A DNA stretch of 63,110 bases, the filler included, from Reticulomyxa filosa (Eukaryota > Protista > Foraminifera): NCBI GenBank assembly GCA_000512085.1. It is 19 parts of 19 records of this genome, joined end to end, with 100 filler letters (N's around TTAATTAATTAA, not from the genome) between each part and the next. Parts side by side here need not be neighbours in the genome. Positions count along the whole stretch, not along the records: positions 48,720 to 52,226 come from ASPP01021299.1; positions 52,327 to 54,208 come from ASPP01014799.1; positions 54,309 to 56,030 come from ASPP01010798.1; positions 56,131 to 58,047 come from ASPP01035439.1; positions 58,148 to 59,833 come from ASPP01022273.1; positions 59,934 to 61,297 come from ASPP01006832.1; positions 61,398 to 63,110 come from ASPP01045994.1; 12 more parts are not named here. The stretch is one strand, 5' to 3'. A program made the translations under genes and the position numbers. Positions 51,691 to 63,110 of the stretch are shown here, one piece after another (the first letter of the stretch is position 1; each line of letters begins with the position of its first letter). The notes below the pieces were generated by a model, which saw only the letters and a list, made by a program, of their open reading frames with translations, did no database searches and had not been told where the DNA came from.

Positions 51691-52226
51691 ATGGCAGCCA
51701 AACACGCAGCCTTTTTTTTTAGTGGACTTAGTGCTGGCTTGGCGGCAACCTCTTTGGTATTTTTCTACAAACAAAACCCACTTGAGCAACCAAAACTCGT
51801 GTTTACAACCAAACCTCCAGTAATAAGTATTGAATCGTTAAATCCTTACGATGCAAAGTTGCTAGAACTGATAAATCAACGACTAATTGAAACATTAAGC
51901 AATACTACGGACAAAGCAAAATTGAAAGCATTGGAAACATGTAAATATGGACTTCCAAGCCATGAGAATTTGAGTTTTCGAAGCAGTTATGTATCATCAA
52001 TTAATTATGAAAGAAGAATTCCAAACTGGGTGATGGAATGTATTGAAAAGGAAGATGTTACTCAAAATCCACAAGTTACCCGAAGTAATTCCATTTGGAA
52101 TTCTAATGGGGCTACACCCAGATATGTTCGTGTTATGCCTTGGGATTATACTAATAGGTATGCGTTAAGTAATATAATGGATACATAGAATATTTATTTG
52201 TTATTTATATTAAAAAAAAAAAAAAA
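51691..52226 (+). CDS. Endonuclease G/Nuc1-like nuclease (3' partial)
   Basis: KYGLPSHENLSFRSSYVSSINYERRIPNWVMECI; N-terminal GLSAGLAA hydrophobic leader. Confidence 0.8.
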
Positions 52227-52399
52227 NNNNNNNNNNNNNNNNNNNNNNNNNNNNNNNNNNNNNNNNNNNNTTAATTAATTAANNNNNNNNNNNNNNNNNN
52301 NNNNNNNNNNNNNNNNNNNNNNNNNNTAAGTAAGAAGAGGAGAGAGAGAGGGAGGGAATAAGAGTGTAATGTTTTTTTGTTTGTTTTTTTTTCTCCCTC

Positions 52400-53959
52400 T
52401 TTCGTAACTAAATTGGCAACATTCACCAATCGCATGCCTCTTTGTTGCTCTTGTTTTCGTGTGGTTTCATGTGTTAAGATCGCTGTACACACAGCATTGT
52501 CCAACCATCCGGAATTCTTCAATGCTGTGTTTCCAAATTCCTTTTATTTATTTGTTTTGCTGATGTTTTTCGTGCAGTTTATTCAATTGAGTTTTTTTTT
52601 TTGGTTTTTGCTTGTTGCATCATGACCAATCATACCAAGTCTTGCGCAAATACATCGACTTGATGATTGAGCAACATTATGATCTGGGCAATGAGTTTGG
52701 AGTCGCATGCAGGAAACAATGGCGTTTTGTTTTCACGGTTGAAATGGGATCGATTACTGACATTAGCCCCATGTTCCAAAAATAGTTTGACGTACTCTGT
52801 TTTTTTTAAAAATGCAGCTAAATACGTCGGTGTTTCTGAGGCCTATTGGGTTGACATTGCAGCATATTCTGTACATTTTGTTCATTACATGCATGCATGT
52901 ATATATATATAATCTAGCACATAAACATGCACAGAATTATTTGATACCCGATTTTTCATATTTACATCCGCCCCTCCAGCTAACAATCTCTCGCACCACT
53001 CTTTTCCATCGTACCCATCCATATACACTGCATACGTCAATGCAGTTTCCCCAGTCTATTTTCGATGTTGTTGTTGTTTTTTTTAATTTTTATTAAAATG
53101 ATCGTGTATTGGTGTAAATTTGGGGGGGGGGGGGGAAAAAAAAATAAATAAAGAAAAGAACTAAACTTTTGAATCACATACAAACAAGGCATACTCTTGT
53201 GGCAATTGAAATCGTATCCATTGTTTCCAGGGAACAGAGACCTACAAAAAAAAATTAATTACTTTCAAATCAATCGGAGGGGGGGGGGTTTGTAAATTTC
53301 TAAATGTCAAAAAAAAAGAAGTACATAACAATAATTCGTATCTTTTGCTCCAGACAGTGATCTCCAAACAATTTTAAATTAGCATCAGTTAAACCAGCAA
53401 CAGTGTTTGGAGATCTGTGAAAAGCAAAAGAAGAATGAATGGTGTGTTCGTATGAAAAAAAAAAAAAAAAAGGGACAAAACATGATAATTCTTTCCAATG
53501 TTCGTTCGTGAGGATTCGCCCATTTTGTCGCTTGTATGAAATTACTGACGAGAAAAGGATCGCTGCGAAACTCAATTTCAGAGAGATCGACAGTGGTATC
53601 CCCGCCTTGAATTGACAGCAATTTGGTGCTGAAGCCGAATCTCCCTTCCATAGTGATAAACATGTAATGAGCAAACGATAACTTTTCATACATTTGCGAC
53701 CCTTGATAGGTCACTTTGAATTTCGTCGATTCCACGTACAATATCAACATTTCGCAGATTAGGTTCAGTGCAGAGGCAAAGATGGAGCGAATCAAATCTT
53801 GTTCGGTGATACCCAAATATGCCGAGTCATTGAAGTACAGTAAAATGAACCATTGAATGACCAATTGTGGAATCGATTCACAAAGCAGTTCGGTTAAACT
53901 CCTTCGTTTATGTATTTAAAAGTTATAAATGAAACATATAAATAAATAAATAAATATAC

Positions 53960-54000
<41 letters not shown>

Positions 54001-54190
54001 AATAAAACCTGAGACGCTCGTAGGATTCTTCTTCCTCTGTTCTCTCACGGACTTTGCCGGTGAAAAGGACTCTTGGCCAATCAAGCAAGGTTTGAAGCAT
54101 CAAGTAGATATCAAAGCAAGTCATGATGATCATGCCAAACCACGGGATTAAATAAAGCACAGCCAGTGCCCGCAGTACGCGAAACCAGCT
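52400..54190 (-). CDS. Multi-pass membrane protein fragment with XK-like ESIPQL motif (multi-exon, partial)
   Basis: ELLCESIPQLVIQWFIL..SIFASALNL and hydrophobic exons separated by (TA)n introns. Confidence 0.5.
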
Positions 54191-54308
54191 TTGTGTGTAT
54201 GTGTGTGTNNNNNNNNNNNNNNNNNNNNNNNNNNNNNNNNNNNNNNNNNNNNTTAATTAATTAANNNNNNNNNNNNNNNNNNNNNNNNNNNNNNNNNNNN
54301 NNNNNNNN

Positions 54309-55088
54309 TTTTGATTGGGTGAAAAAAAACACATACAACACCAGTAATGTGATAAGCATCGATGACAGGGGACATCTTGGTGTAGAGATAAACGACGGGA
54401 ACGAAATGTATCCAGAGCATGAAGGCGACGACGAACGCCAGGACCTGGAAGGAATGATCTTGCAGAATCCATGCAAACATGGCCAAATAGAGAACCCACA
54501 ACAAGTACACCAGCAAATAAGAACGCGAAGGGGATCCAAAGACTGTGTCTCGGTTTTTTATAAACCAATTGCCCGACTGCACATTGGGATCCAATTCCGC
54601 TTGCCATATCAGTGATTGGAATGCGCTTTTGTAATGAAAGTCAAACCACAACAAATAGCTCCTCCACAAACATAACATCCCTCCACCCATCCAACATCCT
54701 ATTCTTGTCATATGCAAATACCAATATGGACTTCGCCAATTATCCAATTCATCTTCGTTCATTTCATGCGTTATTGGAATTATTAGACATGATACGCTTA
54801 TCACTTTTTTTTTTTATTGTTATTGTCGTTGTTGGGGTGTAATCAATTCAAAAAAAGATTGCTTGCAAAACAAGTGAATGTGTACATACCACTTATATAA
54901 AATACAAGTGAAGTTAGCATCAGTGTTAGTACTGCATTGTGTCTGATTTTAAACGCGGGATGATGGCGGTGTTGATGATATACCCATATACAATACAAGC
55001 ATCCTGGCAATAAGACCAATACATTCAATGTCAAAAGGACCAATGCAAGAATTTGATCACTTCGCATGTGATTGAAGCTGAAGGACAT
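54309..55088 (-). CDS. Multi-TM (7TM-like) membrane protein (3' partial)
   Basis: At least five TM helices; RHHPAFKIRH after TM1; LWRSYLLWFDF after TM3. Confidence 0.55.
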
Positions 55089-55381
55089 TATAGTTTTCCG
55101 AAAGGGGTCCAAAAGTAGAAAGATTTCGACGACTGCAGCTTGTTTTTGAAAAAACTGTAAGAGTAAAAAAACATCTAAGTATTCAATTCTACGTTTTTCA
55201 AACCACGTGCTCTTTTGATGACAATATTTAGTTGCATTTTATTTTTTTTTTGCAAGGGGACGGAAAGGGGGGGGGAGGGAGCATGGGATGGGGACAAAAA
55301 AATAGAAGTATAAAACATTTTACTTGATTATTGATCATATCAACACATTGAACTCCAAAAATAATAGCATATATTACGTAA

Positions 55382-56029
<648 letters not shown>

Positions 56030-56139
56030 TNNNNNNNNNNNNNNNNNNNNNNNNNNNNNNNNNNNNNNNNNNNNTTAATTAATTAANNNNNNNNNNNNNN
56101 NNNNNNNNNNNNNNNNNNNNNNNNNNNNNNTGATATTAT

Positions 56140-56450
56140 CACATCTTTTTTTTTTCTTTCTTCTTGACAAGCTCGCTTTCATAATCGAACAGTTCAAGAT
56201 CTAGATCGTCGGCGATTGAAATAGTGAGAATTTTTTTCCAACTGTTTCAATACCATCCATATAATTGACATTTTCTAAAAATACCAAATTCATTCGCTAT
56301 AGTCACCCTTGTAATGAGATACACACTTTAACCTTGGATAACTGTTGTTATTGGAAATTCTCGCATACATCATTCAACAATTTTTGGATTGATAATCAGA
56401 TAAGTGAAGGTATTGTTTGTATTTCCTTTTTTAGACGTATTCGTTCTTGT
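56140..56450 (-). repeat. Degenerate repeat/pseudogene family, copy A
   Basis: Reverse complement matches 62850-63100, e.g. GAATTTCCAATAAC..TTATCCAAGG..AATTTGGTATTTTAGAAAAT. Confidence 0.75.
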
Positions 56451-57079
56451 GATCCCGGGACAGTCAGAAAATGCAATAATATCTATATATTCAACAATTA
56501 TCAATGATCAATGTCGCATGCGAGCTTACAATCCCCCCAATCAGCACGAGCATCATTCAAAATACAAATTTGAGCATATACGCAGACAACCAGTTTCGAT
56601 TGTTGTCTTGAGTTTACAAAATTAGCACCATTTCCATAACGACCGAGTTTACCTTGCTCGTTGGCGCCGGTATATCGCAGTTGAACACAACATTTGCGGA
56701 TAATTCTTGGTATGGCAAAGCGTCAGAGACTTGTGTCTGCATACGTTGATGGCAAACAAGTTTTTTCAAATACTTCGGGTTACTACTTTTAGACATTGCC
56801 ATATTCGTCCAACACTTTCGCGAGTGACGACTTTGCGCGTTTCCAAACGTAAAGAGCCATTTCATAATTAAAGTCAAGTAAGCCGGCTGCTGATTGTTTT
56901 TGTTTTTGTTTTTTCCTTTTAAACAAATTATCCTACTCATTCTATTCATCTTCTTGCTTGCCAGGTGTCTTGTGCTCGATCGCAATACTGATTATTTTCT
57001 AACAACATTCATATCATTTGCTTCGCAGTCCAGTCACTGCATCCGTTGCTACACCACAATGTCCACATTGTTTTCACTT

Positions 57080-57385
57080 TCTTTTTTTTTCTTCTTGGCG
57101 AGCTTGCTTTAATATTTGGCGGCATCAAGGTCTAGATTGCCTGTGATTGATTTGGAAGAATCTTGCCAATTGTCCCAACTCGATATGGCGATATTTTCCA
57201 ACTACAAGTCCATCTGCTCTAGTCGCTGTTGTGATGATGAGTACAATTTGGTCTGATCGAATTGACATAAGCATTTGCAATGATAGAGTGCACCATTTAT
57301 ATATTCTATTTTACTATTAGACGTATTCGTTGTCTCTCTTTTTTCTTGCTTTCTTGATCGCTACTCAATACGTCGTCCCTCCCCC
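57080..57385 (-). repeat. Degenerate repeat/pseudogene family, copy B
   Basis: Reverse complement GACGACGTATTGAGTAGCGATCAAGAAAGCAAGAAAAA matches 62743-62780; downstream blocks are colinear. Confidence 0.65.
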
Positions 57386-58147
57386 CTCGCCCCCCTTGGA
57401 GGCAATCAATTTGAGGCAAGTATCAAATACTTGTAATCGAATATGTCACCAATTTGGCATTGTTTCAACCACTTTATCTTTGCTTGCTAACACCACAACC
57501 TTCTTTCCAATTGCTCGATAGACATTGTTGTATTTTTGAAGACCTATGTTATATGCGTATGTTAATCGTACATGTTTCAACTATTTTCCAATGACATTGT
57601 AAGAAAACATTATAACTTGGAATGTATGCTGTGCATATAATCACGATAATCAGCTCACCATATTACACGATATGGACCTTCAATTTTTTTTCAAATTGTA
57701 TATCATTTAAAACGCAAACGATGGTCCATATTTGATGCACACCGTCACTATAGATTACTTGTTCAATAATGAACAAATAAATATATTGGAGAAATGACAT
57801 GTGCGTGCGTTGTAGTACGGCTTCCATGATTCAATGACATATTGGGTTTCTATCAGTAACAATTTGACCATGAGATTATCACTTTTGCTTTCATGTACTG
57901 CAACCATCGATATTGCTACTGCTGACGTTGTTGTCACTATTTTCATTATTGCCAAAAACTCGCTGCAGCACAAATGACAATGTAATAGCAAAAACTTGTT
58001 CCATTCGTATTCCAAAACTTTCATTGTTACAAATTGGAATATCTATTNNNNNNNNNNNNNNNNNNNNNNNNNNNNNNNNNNNNNNNNNNNNTTAATTAAT
58101 TAANNNNNNNNNNNNNNNNNNNNNNNNNNNNNNNNNNNNNNNNNNNN

Positions 58148-59190
58148 GTATACATATATACATATATGTACACATATGTATATATATGTACATTTGTTTA
58201 TTTGTTAAAAGTATACAAAAAACTGGAAAAGGCTTAATCTTTCGATCTTTGGCGATTTGGAAAAAGAAATTGGTTTCCATTTGTTGTATTAAATCTTGAT
58301 ACTGTTTGCGATGGAATTTGTCAAACGAGTCATTTTGCAACATGTTTGCAGCGGTTTTGAAATTGCTTCGTCGGCAAACTTCGATGCCCATTTCGAGTTT
58401 GTTCGTGATCAAATCCTTCAAAAACGGGTAGTCCACGGTGAGGCCTCCTACAAACACTTCGCCGATGAACGGCATGTAGATGTAGTCGCATGCACTCGCA
58501 ATGTAATAATGTCGCAGTCCTAAGCCGCCCAATGTCCCTAGGTTTTGCGCATACGCGATCACTTTCTTGTTCGCTCCGCGAAACCTTTTGATCTCCCGTC
58601 GCAACTCTTCGCACTCGCTAACTCCAAGTATTGGGTTTTCAATTCGAATTATTATTGCTTTTTTTTTTTTTTTAATTTTTAAAATAAATAAAAAAAAATT
58701 GTTTGTTTTGTATCCCCCTTTTTTAAAAAAAAAAAAATTGTTACTACGTATACCTTTGATGCGACGATCGGTTGAAGCCATTCGGATACATCTCAACAGT
58801 GATTGAAAGGATAAACGATCGGCCAAACTCGGTTCTATCAATATTTCGAATGTCTTTGGCTCTTTCTAATGTTCACAACATATCATTTTTTGCCATGTTG
58901 ATAGTCGTTACAAAAAAAAAAAAAAAAAACGAAACTAATGGGTAATGGCCATCCAGCACAAGCTCCAACACTGTGTTGGACCAAAGCTGTGCCTTGTACA
59001 CTCTCTTGCAAGTTCGGTACACCACGTTCGCCAATTCCAAACCTAACAGTGCCGCAAGCACCGGTCGGGCCTTGGCGAAATCCACAATGTCCGTTGTTAT
59101 CCGTTTGGCCCAATCGGAGGCAACATCTTCGTATGACTGAGTCTTTTGTTGATATGGAATCTGAGGTGGAGATTGAACCTTTGTCATCAA
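58148..59190 (-). CDS. sppA: Signal peptide peptidase SppA (protease IV, S49), long-form N-terminal domain, intron-containing (start uncertain, 3' partial)
   Basis: ASTDRRIKG|II, EELRREIKRFRGANKKVIAY, YYIASACDYIYM, FLKDL, FKTAAN, QIAKDRKI. Confidence 0.8.
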
Positions 59191-60598
59191 TATTGAGTTG
59201 ATGGATTTTCAAAATTTTTTTTTCACAACAGGAAACACTTTTAAAAGAAACTGTTTGTTTTCCCGGACTTGAAAAAAAGGAACGCGTTGTCTTAAAAAAA
59301 AGTGGGCAATTGGCTTCCAACACAAGGAGAGGAGAGAATAAAAATAAAAGTCCAACTGTCTAGTAATACTGTAACAGACAAAGGGGACAGCAGTCACTTC
59401 CGCAAGAAAAAAACACTCAAAAATTAAAGATTGTGTTCCTCAAAAGGCAAAAAAAATTTTGAAAATAAAAATATCCATTGCAAAAAAAACAAAAATTGGA
59501 TCAAAGTAATAATAGTATGTCCGATTTCGAAGGTGAAACGAAAGAGCTGTTTCTCCCAGCCATACTGAGAATAGACAAAGAAGAGAGCACACGAAAAAAG
59601 ATGCGAAACTACTGGACAATGCACTGTGCAGGTGTATATATAACAAAACAAGTGGTTTTCTTTTTTTTTTTTTTTCCTTGGCTTCCTTTTTTCGCAACAA
59701 ATGAATGGATTTGTTGGTGCAAAAAAAAATAAAATATATGTGTACATATTTGAAGACATGACATACCCCTACAATGGCGGCTTGTGTACACTCAAAATGC
59801 AGGGACTTTGACGTATTTGAACAGACAACCCAANNNNNNNNNNNNNNNNNNNNNNNNNNNNNNNNNNNNNNNNNNNNTTAATTAATTAANNNNNNNNNNN
59901 NNNNNNNNNNNNNNNNNNNNNNNNNNNNNNNNNTTTTTTTTTTTTTTTTTTTTTTTTTGCAAACACAGGAGCAAGTCATGGCCGAACTGAAACTCTAAGT
60001 GTCAATTTCAAATTTCATATTAGTTTTGTGAAAGGAAAGAAATTATTTTGCGATCGATTTGTTTTTGTTTGTTTTGTTTTGGTAGTTTGCGACAAGGGGA
60101 GGGACATATCAACAATTGTACAGCATTTGTTGGACTTAATAAATGGAAATAAAAGGGAAAAAAATAAACACTCAAAAAATAACTTTTTCCCTCATTGAGC
60201 CAAAGATTGTAAATTGTAAGTGTTATTTTAAACACGAACAAGCAAAGCATTCACTCACAGTTTGTTCTTTCAAATCTTCTATCCCGACCGTCAAAAAAAA
60301 AAAAGTGGAAAAAGACCTTTTTTAATTTTGGAAACGTGTTAACCATCACCACTTGTACCTCAGGCACTGATGAATATCCCTCCATTCTCTTGCAAAACAT
60401 TATTTTTCCTTTTTTGTGTGATTGGGCTTGGAAGTAGTCATAAAGGTAAGAGCAGACGAGTTTACGTAACATACATGAGTCGATTAAAGTAGTTTTTTTT
60501 TTGTGACTTGCAGAAAGAGGAGAGATACCAAACCGACAACATACAAAACAAAAAAAAAAAAAAAAAAAAGGAGTGATGGTAAAGATGGGCCAGGAAGT

Positions 60599-61237
60599 AT
60601 GGGGAATGAACAAGAATTCAATCCAGTAATCGTATGGATAATGGTAATCTCATCATTGATAGGGATAGTGACAGGGACAGTGTTATTGATCCATTCGTGC
60701 CGACACTTATACTTTGGAAAGAAAGACAAAGGAAGTAAAATAGCGAATAGTGTAAAGTTGGTGAACGTGGCAGTGTTTGTGAGTTACATAATAACATGCG
60801 TAATATACGGACTATTGAAAGTAGATTGGATCGTGTATTTCGATCCGAAGATGTGTCCATATTCATACATTGGACAATGGCTAAGCGTGTTTGCGAACAA
60901 GTGGTTACTGTTTGTAAACTTTGTAATCCGCATTGATAAGACGTTTCATGGGAGTTCATTAGGATACGATCGACTCTATCTCGTCTTGTTGGTCATCATC
61001 TACTCGTTTGTGCAACTTTTCGCTTCGGTGTGTATTGTGTACATTGGAGTGGTTTTGGTCCAAGTCGAACTCTACACAAGTCCACAGACCACCTTTTCAT
61101 TTTGCACCTCAAAGGACGCCAATCACACCAAATATCATCTCCTCGTTTTCTCCACACAACTGTTGTACGCGTTTTTGGACACTTTGCTGCAAATCTTTTT
61201 ATGCGTACTGTTTGTACGTAAATTGCAATTAGTTTAA
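60599..61237 (+). CDS. GPCR-like multi-TM protein (3' partial)
   Basis: Five TM helices with Cys at the top of TM3 (KMCPY) and in the TM4-TM5 loop (FSFCT); FVIRIDKTF after TM3. Confidence 0.55.
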   Translation: MGNEQEFNPVIVWIMVISSLIGIVTGTVLLIHSCRHLYFGKKDKGSKIANSVKLVNVAVFVSYIITCVIYGLLKVDWIVYFDPKMCPYSYIGQWLSVFANKWLLFVNFVIRIDKTFHGSSLGYDRLYLVLLVIIYSFVQLFASVCIVYIGVVLVQVELYTSPQTTFSFCTSKDANHTKYHLLVFSTQLLYAFLDTLLQIFLCVLFVRKLQLV

Positions 61238-61262
61238 CTTATTGTTTCTAATGTCCCCTCCC

Positions 61263-61297
<35 letters not shown>

Positions 61298-62044
61298 NNN
61301 NNNNNNNNNNNNNNNNNNNNNNNNNNNNNNNNNNNNNNNNNTTAATTAATTAANNNNNNNNNNNNNNNNNNNNNNNNNNNNNNNNNNNNNNNNNNNNAAA
61401 AAAAATAAAAAAAAGATGTCATTTTTGTTTAGATGCTGTGCATCAATCTGCAAAAGAAAAAAAATAAGTGAATATGGGGTAAGGCCCCCCGTCTCCTCAA
61501 GGAGTACAAAAGGTTTGTTTATATTTACATATATTTTTTTTAAATATAATTAACTTGTTTGTTTGATTAACAGCCTCAACCCGTCTGTCCAAAAAAAAAA
61601 ATAAGTGTATACGTCCCCACACTCACCACATCCAAAGAAAAACTTCGGGGTTGAAGCCACCCCGTGTCGAAAGAAAAATGAAAGGGTTTGTATCTTTTAT
61701 TTTTTTATTTTTTATTTTTTTTTATTAAATGTTTGTGCGTTTGTGAATAGGCATGCCCCCATCAAAAAAAAAATTTATTTGCCCCCTCCCCGTAACAAAA
61801 GAAAAAAATAGATTATTGGAATTTGAGCGTTTAGCTCGACTGCAAAAGTATGTTTTTTTTTTTTTTTAAAAATGAAAAATTTTCAATTTGTGATTGTTTA
61901 TAGGGTCCAAGAATCAAAAAAAAAGATTGTAAAGTTTTTATTTTTGTATATTATATATTTTTTGTTGTGTTTGAGATGAGAGGGATAGGAAAAATTTGTG
62001 GGGAAAAATATAATGGAAAAAAATGGGTGGGAAAAGAAAATGAA

Positions 62045-62295
62045 TGGAAAAGGAGGGGAAAAATTTTATTTAAAAAAATGAATAAAAAGGGGAAAAAAAT
62101 TTTATTTAAGAAAATGAATGAAAAGGGGGGGAAAAAAATTTTATTTAAGAAGATGGAGCAAAAAGGGGGGGAAACATTTTATTTAAGAAAACGTACCGAA
62201 AAGGGGGGAAATATTTTATTTAAGAAAATGGAAAAGGGGAAAACATTTTATTTAAGAAAATAGAAAAGAGAGAAACATTTTATTTAAGAAAATGA
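62045..62295. repeat. Minisatellite, ~32-39 bp unit, about 7 copies
   Basis: Recurrent ATTTTATTTAAGAAAATG..AAAAGGGG units. Confidence 0.8.
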
Positions 62296-62619
62296 TAAAT
62301 GAAAAATAAAAAAGAAATGAAAAATTTGAAAAATAAAATAAAAAAAAGACAATGTGAAAAAAAAATTGAAAAGAAAAAAGAAAAAGAAAAGATAGAAAAA
62401 AGATAAAAAAAAAGATAAAAAAAAGTTAACAAAATTGGAAAAAAAAACGGTAAATTGCTCAAAAACCTGGGCCGCTGGAAGAAGTAGTTCAAAACGAAGT
62501 GGCAGATTGCTTAAGTATATGTTTGTCTGTGTTTATATAAACTAGACTGATTGTATTGTAATACTGTTTGATTAGACTGTTGGTGTTAGCCAAATTTTTG
62601 TTGGCAAGTAAATATGCAT

Positions 62620-63100
62620 GTGTGTGACGTGTCGAATAGAACAAATAAAAGAAGAAAAAAGAGCGATAATCTAAAGACACGATTACGCAGAGCGAACAAA
62701 GCATCATACGCACCAGATAATCGAAAAAAGAAAGAAAATGATGACGACGTGTTGGGTGGCAATCAAGAAAGCAAGAAAAAAAAAACAGCGATCAAGTCAA
62801 TAATAAAAAAGCAAATTACAAATGACGCCCTTTCCTCATCGGATCGACAATCCAAAAATTTTGCTGAATGGATGCATGATGATGGACGCATAGAATTTCC
62901 AATAACGACAATTATCCAAGGCCAAAATGTGTCTCTTATCACAAAGGCGACGGAGTGAATAAATTTGGTATTTTAGAAAATATCCATTGTATCATTGCAT
63001 TGGAACAATCGAAAAAAAATTATTCCAGTTCAATCAACAACTGTCTGGATCTTGGTGGTGTCCGACTACGAAGACAAGCTATCGAAAAGAAAGAGAAAAA
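62620..63100 (+). pseudogene. Degenerate repeat/pseudogene family, copy C (best preserved)
   Basis: Open to ..IEFPITTIIQGQNVSLITKAT, then frameshifts into VNKFGILENIHC; homologous to copies A and B. Confidence 0.65.
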
Positions 63101-63110
63101 AAAAAAAAAA

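Noticed and set aside
61967-62492. Lys/Phe-rich ORFs
   Set aside because: Translations of a minisatellite and poly-A tracts.

Overview
This window is not one locus. It is 19 unlinked contigs joined by an artificial 100-bp linker (N44-TTAATTAATTAA-N44), so adjacency across linkers means nothing. Eighteen contigs are AT-rich eukaryotic DNA with short GT-AG introns. A divergent 'type 2' alpha-tubulin beside a canonical alpha-tubulin points to a foraminiferan/retarian, Reticulomyxa-like genome (inference). One contig (39004-40603) is GC-rich and looks alphaproteobacterial. Recognisable genes: ubiquitin, a gelsolin-family protein, ABCA, PDH E1-beta, an aldo-keto reductase, an F-box/LRR protein, an SLC35A transporter, TMX2, a CAP-Gly protein, NCBP1, EndoG, CDC5L and SppA. 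The most interesting items are: (1) a compact E3 ligase joining ZnF-NZF-RING1-IBR (an RBR front half) to a complete MYCBP2-type RING-Cys-relay module with both relay cysteines; (2) a G-alpha that has lost its catalytic residues and N-terminal helix and carries an F-box/SOCS-like insert, with a similar motif in a SPRY protein; (3) a spacer-less 356-bp TA-flanked palindromic MITE; (4) a decayed gene family with three copies in two contigs. Several single-base frameshifts are most likely assembly errors. All family calls are from motif recognition; no searches were run.
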